This document shows positions 1-13,209 of a stretch of 64,000 nt of DNA, in pieces. A program made the translations under genes and the position numbers. This DNA comes from Cycas panzhihuaensis (Eukaryota; Plantae; Cycadophyta), in NCBI GenBank assembly GCA_023213395.1, contig CM041465.1, forward strand, positions 199,275,741 through 199,339,740. Direction: 5' to 3'. The notes beneath the pieces were generated by a model. That model was not told the origin of the DNA. It did no database searches and saw only the letters and a list, made by a program, of their open reading frames with translations. Positions within the stretch are counted from its first letter, which is position 1; each line of letters starts with the position of its first letter.

Positions 1-1370
1 ATATAAATATTTGATTATGTACATCATGTTTTCCGTTACAAGAACAAAACAAATAGAAATATTACACAATAAATCTTTTTATTTTTTACACACAATATTA
101 AATATTGGAAATAACACATAATCACTTCTCACAACTTGTCCCATGGTCTTTTGGCATACTCTTGACACCTTTATTTAAGAAAATAATCATGACCTAATGA
201 AATTGTGATGAGCATTTAAAAAATCTCCCTTTTAAGATAGAAATAATTCGAAAATCTCTACAAAAATATCTTCCAAATTATGTTTCAAAGAATCTTCCAC
301 CATTACATAATTCTCCTATTTTTTCCAATCTTTTTAAAACATGTTTTTTTTTTAATCACAAGAAACTAACCAATATTCCATCAATTTGCAACCCAAGGTT
401 GCTTACCCTTTCTAAAATGAAATAGAGATTGTTAGGGGCGGAAATAGTGAATATTTCCCCAAGTGTCAATATCTAAGGGTTACTTAATAGAAAATCTTCT
501 GAAATTTCTTGAATAGAATATATTCTTAAGATTCTTGTCCACTTCATGGGGCCAAGTTGTGGAGTCACAGACTTGCGTGCTACATAGGGCAGTTCTATTT
601 AAAAAGGAATATCACGTTAATATTTTGACTGTCAGCGGGTGTCATGGATGCTTTTTGATTGCCCTTTCTGCAACCCAAAAAGTAAAAGTAACCCTAATCT
701 TAGAGCAGTTATAAGGAATGGATGGGTATGGGCATCCAAAGGGACGACATCAGACTTTTGGCAGGTTCTGTCACCCTTCCACTGAGCCGTCACACTTCCA
801 CTTGTCTTCTTTATGTACCGTCAGCTTTTACGTGTCTCAAATACTGTGGATACGGTTTGTGTTGAATCTTATATTGCAGACCGTCAATTTCTATCCCTCT
901 CAGGCACCACGCCAAGCTTATGAAAATATCTGAAATTTCAGGTCTTGGACTTGTGAAATTTGTGTGGCCAGCTTGAGTTTCATTTTCGGAGTTGTCGGTG
1001 ACATAATATCTTCTCCCTGAATGCTGTAATATAATCAGTTTCCAGTAGCAATCTAATAATCCGCCATTATAGTTAAAACAAATTTGTGGCTTGAATCGAT
1101 CAATAAGATTACAGAGCGAATGCATGGATTTATATCATTTGATTTGGTTGCAGGGAGCGTGTTATCGAATCTGGTTTTCCCCTCGCCACTGTATGTTCAC
1201 TTTATAATTATAATTAATCGGTGCGTCGAAATTGTTTGGGATATTCAGTTTAGATGTATGATGTGTTGGTGATCCGGTTGCACAGAACAACTCTCTGGCG
1301 GCAAATCGAAAGAGAATTTCAGAGGATAACCTTACGTCTTCACGTCGCTTAGCACCTCAATTTGAACGTA
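1..1370 (+). repeat. Diverged duplicate of ~59072-60448 (SWEET upstream region to mid exon 3); may extend left of the window
   Basis: Collinear matches, e.g. aataatcatgacctaatgaaattgtgatgagcatttaaaaaatctcc (182-228) vs 59258-59305. Intron-1 text gattacagagcgaatgca[t/c]ggatttatatcatttgatttggttgcaggga is near-identical in both copies. Confidence 0.93.
964..1370 (+). pseudogene. SWEET: Truncated SWEET16/17-like pseudogene (exons 964-997, 1154-1190, 1286-~1370)
   Basis: ATG replaced by GTG (964), then ASLSFIFGVVG and SVLSNLVFPSPL with GT/AG sites kept. Exon 3 has an 11-nt deletion (atagtgaagaa) plus TTA>TAA and TGG>TGA stops. Homology ends at ~1370. Confidence 0.9.
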
Positions 1371-3931
1371 AAAATCACAGTACAATTATTAGACTTTGGC
1401 AAATTTCGAGATTCGAGGTTGGTGTATGCCAAGGAGGAAGGGAGATGGTAGCTCAATTTACAATGAGCCATGATTGTTTGTCATACTTTCATTAATGGCG
1501 CTCTAAACCTTCGGTTGGGTTTGGCAGCTTCTAAGCTTCTTTCAACTTCTCTCCCATTGATTTTTTTTTTTTCGGGCAATTCATCCATCTTGACATTGTA
1601 TTAGGATGAGTCTTACAAAGTGTGTTAGGGTTCAAATGGGTTGCAACTATGTTGCAACTTCATTCTAGCTCACATTCATGTCAACCACCTATCCACCTAT
1701 CGCTTAATCTCTTGGTGATTGTTTGAGGTGGAATTTTAGTGCAAGTAAACTTTATGTGATGATGATGGAGGGTATGGAAACTCACTCATTGGTCCATATG
1801 ATCAATGAATGTTGTTGTGAGGCTTGTGATGGTTGTGCTTCAAGGTAATGAACTTTGTATTTTATTAAGTTTGAAGTACATGATTATGAAATATCCTTTA
1901 TTACATTTATGTTGGCACTATATTTTCTCAATCATATTCCTTCTACACTCCATCCTAGGTAATGGATGTAGGTTATTTGGGGGGAAAGAGACAAATAAAA
2001 TCTATAGAATTTCTAGGGTAAGATTGGATGGCTTTCTAGTTTGAGAACTTATCTCAAGGATATTTAGTCTTAAATCAAGGTTCTTGGCCTTATATGGGGA
2101 ATCTATTTATTTTCAAATAGTGGTTAGTAGATTTTTTTGGGGGATGTAACAATCACTACAAGTTTCCCAATCTAGTTTGAAATCCTGAATCTTCTATTGC
2201 ATTTGTGGCCTTTCCTTAATAGTTTGGTATCTTCATTAGGGAAGTTGTATTATAAGGCAGTAGAATATTTGTTTAATAATCATTCACATCTTTATGTCAA
2301 TGTAGAATTGAATCTTATCCAATTACTTACTAAAAAATCTCTATTTATATTTGTGACAAGGTTTTTGTTCAAAAGGTTTAACATCTTAATCTACTTAGTG
2401 ATTACGTTTGGTGCCACTATTTAGACCATTTTGATAAGTTTTTCCCTATGGCTATCCAAACCCCTTGTTTCCTCAATTTTAGGCCTCATTTCCAAGATTT
2501 AGGAATCTTATGTTTTCAATCTTAATAGTAAAATACGCATTAAATCACACCTTGTTGCTTGTTTTCTACTTGATATTGCATTTAATTTCTTATATTTGCT
2601 TGTCATTTCGCTTAACATTACATGTGATTAAGCATTTACTTATATTTGTTTAGTTTTTTTTGTGCATATTATATCCCCCTTACAAGTGATTATATAGGAA
2701 CTGTTCTTTATAATATCTTTCTCGCTGTAAAGATACAGCTTTGTAGGCCATCCCTTTAATTATATAACAAATACTATGATATAGTTTTTCCATTGCAATT
2801 TCTCTTGATTATTATTATTATGCACACTTTGTCATTATTTTATACTTGTGATTCTTTGTTATCGTTTTGCATTCTCTTAACTCCTCTAAGTATTCATTTC
2901 ACATTGATATGAGCCATACTCCTCTAATTTGGCTTATATAATCTAAATGTGAATTAAGTTCCCATATGAGTTAGTTATCTTATCAGTTAAATAGGAGTCT
3001 ATACTCCTTTAAGTAATTCATCTTAGACAAGACGAATGCTTTTATTGGTTTTTTATTTATGTTTATTTTTATTTACATATTTCCATGTGATATTGAAAAT
3101 AATCACTTCTCTCGCATGTCTTATTATCTAAATTACTTCAAGTAGATATGAACTAAGTATTTGTAAGTAAAAACCGAATATTATATGAGGAAATTAAACC
3201 CTTTCTAGAATTCTTCCTTTTTGCATGGCTATGTTTCCCACTTTTTTAAGTTGACTTCATAATTACCCCTAGAAAAATAGCACTTTTTTTTTAATAGACT
3301 TCATAATGTGCATTTTTTCTCTCTATTTATTCACTTTAAATATTAATTTCTATTTTAAACCCTAACCAATGTTCTTGACTTTCTATAGTGGTGAGTTACT
3401 TCTTTTGTTTATTAATGCTCAAAAAAGATATTATACATCTAAATTTATTGTTAGGCTAAGGATTAATATATGCCCCACTCATAGTACTTTAGATTTAGTA
3501 CCTAATTCATTCTTTTGTTGATTTTCTATAATATTTTACCATATTATATGTTGTTGTGTTGTATTGCATGTCTTTGTTTATGTTTTGAAGATGATATTGC
3601 ATATCTACTTACATTACCTATGGTATCACACCTGTTATACCATGTATTTTATTTTACCTTCTATGATATGGTTGATTGATCTATTACAAATGTCTACAGT
3701 ATTAGTCTACTTATATGACGCCTCACCTTTATTAACTAGGTGGTATTACCATATACTTTTTTAAGAGTTTCAACGATATTATTTATGCTAGAATTTAATC
3801 TCAAACAATATTGATCTTTTAGATACAATATGTATTTAATCTATTTTTATTCTTTTTAGATCAATATTCTTACTATTTTATTGATGTTTGATGGTCGTTT
3901 ATTGTTGGATTGTTGTTATCTTATTTTACTC

Positions 3932-6900
3932 TTTTTTTTTTTAATAAGATAAAATAATATTAGAAGGGGTTTTAGCTAGGTCCCCAAACCCTATACAACA
4001 AAGTCATCTGGCTTAAGAGAAATGACCATGACAAGCCCATGGTCTAGACCTAATTAAAGGGAATTCCTCTCAACCTCCCCTGTCTGCCTGCCCAATGTGT
4101 GCATTGATTCTTACGAGACTTAGAAGCTCTTCCGGATAGTCCTCCTTCCATATCTTGGTTCTTTTATTTGAAACTGCCCAATTTGCCAGCCAATCTACCG
4201 CCACGTTCCCTTCCCTATAGGTATGCTAGATCCTGGCCCCCTCTTTGGTTCTCAGAGTATCTTGCGCATCTCTAGTGATCTCCATATTGTTCCACCCTGG
4301 CTCTGCTTCCCCCCTTAAACATCTAATCACATACATGGAATCACCTTCAACGATCATCTTTTGATCCTCCTCTTCATCCATCAAAGCTATCGCCCTGTGA
4401 ATAACCCGCACCTCAGCTCTCTGGTTCGAATGGATGCCTAGATACTCTTCAAAGGCCCACTTTAAAACACCCATATGGTTCCTACAGAGTCTTCCTGCTC
4501 CCGCCTCTCCAGGGTTGCCTTTAGCGGCTCCATCAAAGTTAATTTTTTCCTAGGTTTCTTCTGGAGGGTTCCATTTGATTGCTCTCCTTTTCTCGCTGCC
4601 CCCCTTCGTATGAACTATACCCCAGTCCTCAAAGATCCTCTCTTCTCTTTTGGAGATCCTATTCTCTTTAAGGGGACTCATCATTTCTTGAATACTCTTC
4701 TTGATCTCAGCGACTAGTATGGCACTGGCTGACTCTCTACCTTCAAAATTTCTCATATTGTGTTCCTTCCAAATAATCCAAGTACTTACTGGAAGGATCA
4801 TCTTCCAGCATCTGCCGAGCGTTTTACTCTTAAAAGGAGAGTCCTATGCTATCTACTGGTCTTTCAAAGAGTTAGGAGAAACCCAAGCTAAACCCAGCCT
4901 GGACCAGATATCATCCCAGATTCCCTTAGAATAAGGATAGTGAATCCCAAGGTGGTCCAAGGTCTAAGCATCTTCCTTGCATAATACACACCTGTTAACC
5001 AAATGAAAACCCCATTTCATGAGGTTATCCATTGTAAGGATTTTGTTTTGAAGGCATAACCACCAAAAAGCAGCTATCTTCGGAAGCAACCCCAGTTTTC
5101 AAACCCCAACAAGCATGTCATTCCTGGCCCATCCTTCCCTATTCATTATCAAATTATAACCTTCTTTAACTGTGTATGAGCCCGAAGATGATTGGGGCCA
5201 TACCAAAGAGTCAGAAGAGGGTCGCTTCAGAATATACTGATCTTCTAACACCCTCTTCACTCTCTGAATCTCCTCTTCGAAGCCTTGCAGCTCCTGAAAC
5301 GATCTCCATCACCCGTCCCTGCCCTAGCCCTGCCAATAATGCCTAACTAGATAGTCGAAACTATTCTCATATGCCCTCTTCATTCTGCCTATATTAGGGA
5401 TCTCCTCTAACCTAGAGGGCCCGCACCACTTGTCTTCCCAAAACCTTATGCTTTCTCCATCCCCCAAACTCCATCGGAATCCTTCACATAAGATAGAGTG
5501 TGTGGAGCAGATAGCTTTCCAAATGGGGGATCCCTCAGAGCTACAGTCCTCCTCTAGTAGAAAGTGTTTATCCCTTAAATATTTCCTTGATAGAATTTTC
5601 TCCCAAACAGACCCAGCTTCTTTGGTAAGTCTCCACCCTACCTTGGCTAGAAGGGCTTCATTAAAAAGGCCCAGCCTTCTAACATTAAGACCTCCTGCCC
5701 ACTTAGGTTTGTAAACCTTCTCCCATGATACTGGATGGATTCTGTTTTTATCTTTGACCCCTGACTAAAGAAACCTCTTCATAATGCCCTCTAGGGTAGA
5801 AATCACCTTACCTGGCATCCTAAAAACGGACATTTGGTAAATAGGAATGCTCTGGAGAGAGGCTACCACCAGTTGAATCTTCCCAGCCCAGCTTAGAAGC
5901 ACCCCTTTCTAGCCCGCTAGCTTCCTATTAAATCTACTCACCACGTGGTCCCACAGATTCTTCACCATCTTCCCCACAAAGAGTGGCATTCCCAGATATG
6001 AAGTGGGGAGGGGTCTACTAGGAATCTCCAAAACCCTACTGATCCTTCTCTGCAGCCCTTCCGCTGCATTGATATAGAAGATTGAGCTCTTATCCCAGTT
6101 GATATTTTGATTGGTGGCCCTCTCATAAGCCTCAAGACCTTCTTTCAAAGCCCTAGCCTCCTCCATGGAGGCCCTACACAGAAAGATGTTATCATCAACA
6201 AATTAGTGATGGGTGATATTATCCAAATTAGAAGATGCCTTCAAACTAGATATCCATCCTAGCCTCTAAGCCTCCATTGTTACCCTCCCAAGTAGTTCAG
6301 CCATAATAACGAAAAGGAAGGGAGAGAAGGGGTCACCTTGTCTCAAACCCCTAAAGCCGAGAAAGAAATGTATCGACCTCCCATTAAGAATCACCGAGAA
6401 TGAAACCCTGGATATGCAGCATCTCATCTAATCCCTCCAAACCTCCCCAAAATCTAACGCTTCTAGACAGTCCAACAGACAATCCCAAGCCACCCGGCCG
6501 TAGGCCTTAGACATATATGTTTTGATTATCATGCCAGCCTCCTTCCTATGAAAAGTTGAATGCATTATTTCATGGACAGTAATAATGCCATCCATGATTT
6601 GTCTACCCTTTACAAAGTCATCCTGATTAAGAGAGATAATAGCCGGAAGGCACTCTCTTAGACAGTTTACCAGCATTTTAGCCAGAATTTTATATTTTAC
6701 ATTACAAAGACGGATCGATCTGTAATCTTCCATGGCTACCGCACCCTCCTTCTTCGGGATCAACACCAAGAAGGTGGCTTGCCATTCTTTCAAAATTGTC
6801 CTTCTAAGAAAGAATTCATTTAAAGCCAAAATTAAATCCTCCTTGATAATGTCCCAGAATTCCTTAAAGAACCTAGGAGGAAAACCGTCTGGGCCCGAGG

Positions 6901-7088
6901 CCTTATCCCTACCCATTTTGAATAGGGCTTTCTTCACTTCATCCTGGGAAAAGGGTTCTGTCAATTTTCTGTTATGAGCCTCAGATATAACCTTCGGTAA
7001 ATACTGCATGAAGCCCACCCTAAGATCTGGATCCTGACATCTAGGTTCTGCATACAACTCCTTAAAGTAGTCCATCGCAACTCCTCCG
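3932..7088 (-). mobile_element. 5'-truncated L1-clade LINE (degenerate ORF2: RT, zf-RVT, RNase H)
   Basis: Poly(A) tail seen as T11 at 3932-3942. TSD atcttattttactc(ttt) at 3918-3934 and 7089-7105. RT motifs ASGPDGF, LIPKK, GRQIMDGI, YLGMPL; RNase H motifs INFDGAAKGNPGEAGAG and IVEGDS. Confidence 0.95.
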
Positions 7089-7642
7089 ATCTTATTTTAC
7101 TCTTTATATATTATTATTTCACTTTTATTTTCTTCTTGCTAACTTTTCTTTTATTGGCTTGGAGAAACTAATCATATGAGCTACTCTCAAATAAATGAAT
7201 GTATGTATTGTAATATACATATGAATAAATAATTAGCTTATCTTTATACTTAGATATTCTTGCTTATCCATCTTTTCTATATATATATATATATTGATTT
7301 TCCTAATAATTGGTAGTCGCTTGGTAGTTTTTTCCTTATCATATTGATAAATAGGTAAGAAGGAAAGGCATCACACAAATATCAATAAGGTTTCATCATT
7401 AAGAAACTCTATATCAATATACACATCAAATAAGTACTCTCAAGTTTTATTAAACTTTTTTTTTATTGAATTGATTATTATAAAAGGAAAATTAGATAGA
7501 ATTCAATTAATTTACTTTGGGAGAATATACAAAATGAATTAATATGGTTGAAAGAATCTAAAAACCTCTAATTAAAAGATAATTTATCCTTTACACAAAA
7601 TATTTATCTTTTATTTCTCATGAGGATAGTATTGGTTTAAGT

Positions 7643-10600
7643 TGTTAGAATATTAATGTACATTTGATTTATCCCACATGCAAGTGGGTCCTACTCTTCC
7701 ATCATAACTTATATTATAAATACACAATTTTGTGTATCATATAAAAATGATGTTGTTGTAATGATATTTTCTTAATACAATGGAGGTACCTTAAGGGTAC
7801 CGTTCGATCCTCTGAACGTGTTCTGTTCTATTTGCGAAGATTATTTGTGCAGGTTGATTTCCAACATGGTATCAGAGCCAAGTTGAACAAGAGAGTAAGG
7901 TGAAGAGAGCCAAGTTAAACGAGCTTAGGCGAGATGAAGCTAGTTTGAGCGAGGAAGGATTTGATCATTATAGTTTGGTTGATGAAACCCTAGTTCTATG
8001 AAGACTAACATTGATGTGGTTATGGAGAAAACCCTAGTTATTGATTTATCCTCTATCGTGACTATTTGTTATCTGCTAATCCCTATTCCATGCATGAGAC
8101 TTGCAAGAGACGCAGAGATCAAGTTTGCCACGAAAGAGATGACCAAATTGCATATGCGAGAACCAAGTCTAGATAATGTATATACTCTGGCTTCCATAAG
8201 GTAATTTAATAATATATTTTCACCTAGATTTAGCTGCCTCTCTTCAATTCCTTTAATCGCTATAAATATAGCCAGTCGTTATCATGTGGAACCATCGATA
8301 AGCTGCCACTATTTGTTGATTTCTAATGTGTTATAGGCATCGTTTTCTTTGTATTTTCTGTGCATGCTGACTGTTAATTTCCTGATGCCCTTGTGTGGGT
8401 AAACGATTATCGTTTCCGTTGCATCGCCTATGTGATGATAGTTAATCATCTGGTTAATTGAAGACATCCATCCATGATGATTATTTTGTTACTGTGATAA
8501 TGTGGTATCAGCGTGCGTGTTGATGTAACCGTCTACATGATTCGTGTCTGTCTGTGATGGGGTGTTTTAGTCATCGATTGTCAACATAACATCGCCATGA
8601 TGATTTACATTCTGCAGAGTCATTAGTTCCCATCTGAGTAATGATAAACTATCTCCACCGATCTGCGTATCTGTTAGTTGCATAGTGTCTCGTCTTCAAT
8701 CTATGCATTTTGATATAACGCCGCTAGTCTGTGAAAATTTATTCACTATTGTGCATATTTCAAATCGCTCTTAATATATTGATATGTAAATATGTTGTGT
8801 AGTTGCTAATTTATAGTTTGTAGTTATGTGTTGATTCGTTCATGCGTGATACACCCAAGTCGCTTGGGTGATATATACGCCATCTCTCTGCGTACTGTTT
8901 TTGCGTAAATTTTGTCGACTTTGACTGCGTGTTGATATGTCGTTTCGATATAGTTATTCAGCCACCTGCAGATAATTTTATTTGCGCCAACCATTTTATT
9001 GATTTATTTAGAGGCGTCCTATGACACTTTATAATTCACCATTATATTATTCACCTTTTGATTTAACTAAAGTCGCCCTTTTTAATAAAGTTCACCATCG
9101 ATTTAATATTTGGTATTACCTTTTATTTTTTGCCCTTTGTTTCTCTCATATGAAGTTGCTTATTAATACTTATTTTTATATTTCATCAAATTCATATTAA
9201 AATAATATATTTATCTTTAAGGAGATCTTTCTTAAAATGTTTTGATATGGAGATTTGCAAAGGTGGGTATGCATATGTAGCATATGGACTTTATTCAACG
9301 TATTTTTGGGTATGTTTTAGTGGTGATGTATGCATGGGTTGGATGGCAACATAAGGTGTATTTGAGAGGTACGTTGGTGATATAGATAACTCTCTATCAT
9401 GAATCTTTATGAGAGAGTTTTATGATGATGTAAATGGGTGATTTTGAGGCCTTGGATTGTTCTCTTATAAGTGATTGTGTGATAGGTGAGGTTGCCAATG
9501 TTTGATGCTCTCTAGCATGAAAGAGTAATTTGGGTGATGTTGCGATATGAGGTATCTATTTGAGGCTATCATACATGGGCTGCACATGAGAGAGTGAGTT
9601 GGGTGAAGAGACATCTATTGTTTCTCTTGTTTACATGAGTAAGTTGGGTGACTTAGTACTCTTTGGAATGTGATCTTTATGGGCATGATAATTTGACATA
9701 TTTTGATCAATTCGACGGACAAAATTGAGGGCATATCAAGGGCATGAACAAGGTAATAAGAGGGCATTACGATCAAGGTAATGATTGATGAGCAAGTGAG
9801 CTATTGTTACAAGGAAACAATCTTTGGCATTGAGTTGATAGTGGAGTCCTTAGAGTTATGGCCTTATGACGATATGAGTGAGTGATTTTTGAAGTAAGGT
9901 CTTGGTTGATGTGTTGACATGATGACATGAGACGAAGTTTGAGGTTTTCATTATTCATTTGTATGCGATTGCATGAGAATACTTTGATATTGATGAGGTG
10001 ACTGTTGAGGCTTTCTTGTATATATTTCACATGGGAGAGTACCTTGGTAATATGAGACGACATTAACTCATATTTCACACTCTATTGACTTGATGCTTAT
10101 TGTGGATATATGATGAGGTGAGTATGGTCCTTATAAGAGGCATGCAGAAGATGATTTAATAGTGAGAAGAGACGTCTATTATTTCTATTGTATGTGTTTG
10201 CATGAGAGAGTTGATTATGAACCTTGTAACATATGAGGTTACATGACACTTTGTTGGGTGAGTTAAGGAAGAAATTAGGTATGTTTCATGATGTGAACAG
10301 GCAAAGAAGGATGAGTTTTATTAAGGTTAAATAAGTTGCAAGTGTAATGGCATGAGTTGTGTGTTTTGGGTAATCAAGTGAAGTGTATGTCTTGGTAGCA
10401 ACATATGGCATGTATGATCATCATGAGATTTATGAGGCATTGATTTGGTGAAGTGAGTGTTTGGATTCTACGTGACTGGTTTGTGATATGTGAAATAGAT
10501 AAGGCAATGATGCGGTAATAAAGTCAATGATGTGAGATATGAAACATGAGGAAATTTGTTGAGAGTGATCAATAGGCAAGTTACCAATGATAAGTAAGTG

Positions 10601-11922
10601 TATTGACTGAAAAAGGGACGTGGCATGTGGAAATGACATTTACAATCATGGAGGATAATGATGTGGTTATATATGCTCTTGAAACAAATGAATATTACTT
10701 AAGGGATTCATTTCTTCTAGTACCTAAGTGTAATGGTGAAGACTACTTCTTTTGGACAATTAAAATGAGATGTCTATTCATAACTAGAGGTTTGCGGAAG
10801 ATTGTTACTAATGAATATGATATTCCTAAGGATGAAGAAGAAAAGGAAATACTTGATAAGAAAGATAGAAAAGCATTCATTATGATTTGTGCTACATTCA
10901 ATGAGGTTGATCTTCCTTCTAAATTCCATTTTGTCATTCCTATGATTCTACATGCAGGTAATGCGAAAGAAGCTTGGGATTTTCTAAGGGAAGTATTTGA
11001 ACAAACGCTTGAAGAAACACAACGAATGATTGAAAAAGCAATTAAGACTAGTTATGGTACATGAATGAAGAAAGTATCATCAACACTGATGAAACATCAT
11101 GTCAAGATGAAGAATGTCTGAGTACTGATGAAACTTCTACTGTTGAATGCATTGATGAGATTACAGATAAAGACATTGAAAGTGATGAATTGATTTCAAG
11201 AGAAATTGAATCTAATGATCCTATAAAGTATGAGTCTTACATTGATGGCGTTCCTTCTTTAAGCATTAATTCAAGTTCAAAGAGTATACAAGTTGATCAA
11301 GACTCCACTCCTAAGATTGAAGAATTCACTGTTACTCATGGTGATTAAGAATTTATACAGGATAATGATGATAGGCAAGTTGTGATTAAAGATAGTTACT
11401 TACAGGATCTTCATCATACTAGACCAGTCACAATAAGGAAACAACATTTATACTTACTAGAGCAGCTACATTAACATCGTCACTACAGAATTGAAGATGG
11501 AAGTCAAGCTGAAGATATCATCTTACAATGGCATTAGTATAGAATTAAAGACAAAAATCAAGATGAAGACATCATTCTGCAGCAAAGACATCACTACAAG
11601 ATTGAAGACAAGGATCAGGTTGAAGACATCATTCTCAAGACATTTCCAAGGACAAAGCGTTGCAAATACAAATGACCCAAATGTATATTAAGGGGGAGTG
11701 TTAGAATATTAATATACATTTGATTTATCCCACATGTAAGTGGGTCTTACTCTTCCATCATAACTTATATTATAAATACACAATTTTGTGTATCATATAA
11801 AAATGATGTTGTTGTAATAATATTTTCTTAATACAATGGAGGTACCTTAAGGGTATCGTTTGATCTTGTGGAGGTGTTCTGTTCTATTTGCGAAAATTGT
11901 TTATGCAGGTTGATTTCCAACA
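7643..11922 (+). mobile_element. Non-autonomous gag-only LTR retrotransposon (TR-GAG/LARD-like, Copia-type gag)
   Basis: 224-bp LTRs at 7643-7866 and 11699-11922 (TG..CA, ~13 differences by hand count). TSD taagt, PBS tggtatcagagcc at 7867, PPT aagggggag. No pol motifs found. Confidence 0.93.
10603..11698 (+). pseudogene. gag: Copia-type gag N-terminus followed by an acidic, repetitive tail; frameshifted
   Basis: VPKCNGEDYFFWTIKMRCLFITRGL..KKDRKAFIMI..NAKEAWDFLREVF matches Copia gag DUF4219/UBN2-type motifs. The downstream frame has three HHYxIEDxxQxEDIIL repeats. Confidence 0.75.
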
Positions 11923-13209
11923 TAAGTAGTATACACATATTCCTTTTCTCTAGGGTTAATTTCTATCTTTAAGTTAAAAGAATAAAGACTTAGCTATTAA
12001 CACTAAATATTTTAGTGAGTAGACTAGAGAAACCACTCTCTCACTTATCATATTTCTTTCTACTTTTTTCTTTTACTATTACTATTGACTATTCATTTCT
12101 ATGTCATGCTTATCATAAAGTCTTAGAGGTCTCACTCAAAAGTTCCCATTTGTTACAATAAAAGAAAGTCCTTTTGGCCCTCTTGAAGAGAATGTCTTCA
12201 TTTGAGATATTCTTATGTAAATAACTCTTCCTCTAAGAATTGTAGATCAAAAATCATTACCTTCATTTACTTCCATTCATCAATGAATAGAAAGTGATGA
12301 CACTTCATCTTCTTCTTAACCCTCTACATCTTATGAACCACCTCCTTAGGGTGTTATTACTAGATCTATTCTTAATTCTACCTTTGGTTCTAGTTTGTCT
12401 TTATCGGTAGCTCATTATTTAGGTCTCCATCTATTTTTTAGACCCATATTTTCAACAATAATTAATCAATCACATACTCATGATGTTTCTTCTCTGTTAT
12501 GATCTAATAGTTATGGAAAGTTGATATTTTGTTAAAAGTATATTTTATTATTATTATTAGGAAGTGATACATTGAAATTAATATGAATCCAATTTAAGAA
12601 GTCATTATTTTATTATTAATATGATTATTAAAGTTAGTTTTTTAATAAAAAGCTATATTGGCACCTATAAATAAGGGAAACCCTTAAATCATTTTGTAAG
12701 TTTTATTTCTAATTTAATCCTAGCTTTATTTGGCACTTGGTGCCTAAGGTAATTTGTCTATTTAACTTTTATTTTAGTTTTCTTTTTATGTTTTTAGAAA
12801 TAGACCCAATTTAAGATTGTTTCAAGTGGTATTAAAGTTTCATTTTTTGTATACCAAGGACCTACATTGTTGGGAGTATAAACATAAGAATTTTAAAAAG
12901 ATAATTATTAATTTAAGTCAACCAAGTTTGTTGTACAAATTTTAAGTGGTTATACTATAAGTATTAAAGGGAAATTATAAAAATTATAGGGAATTTAGTT
13001 TTGGTCTATTATCCATCACTATCTTTAGGATCTAAAATCTATTACCACAACTTCAAATAGTCATAACTTTAGCTATAGATGTCTAATTAACCTCAAATAT
13101 TTTTTGAATCATGTACCTCGATGTCTACTTTCTATTCGAAGTGGTTTTAGATTAATTAGATATTCTAGTAAAAAGTTATTAGCATTTTAATAACTAGTAC
13201 TACTATAGT

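Noticed and set aside
2975-2995. Second U2-like motif tcttatcagttaaat
   Set aside because: Only ~14 nt match with no flanking U2 similarity; likely chance.
1371-3917. Missing 3' exons of the SWEET pseudogene or another gene
   Set aside because: No SWEET exon 3-6 text was found here or elsewhere before 59000; the short ORFs look like AT-rich noise.
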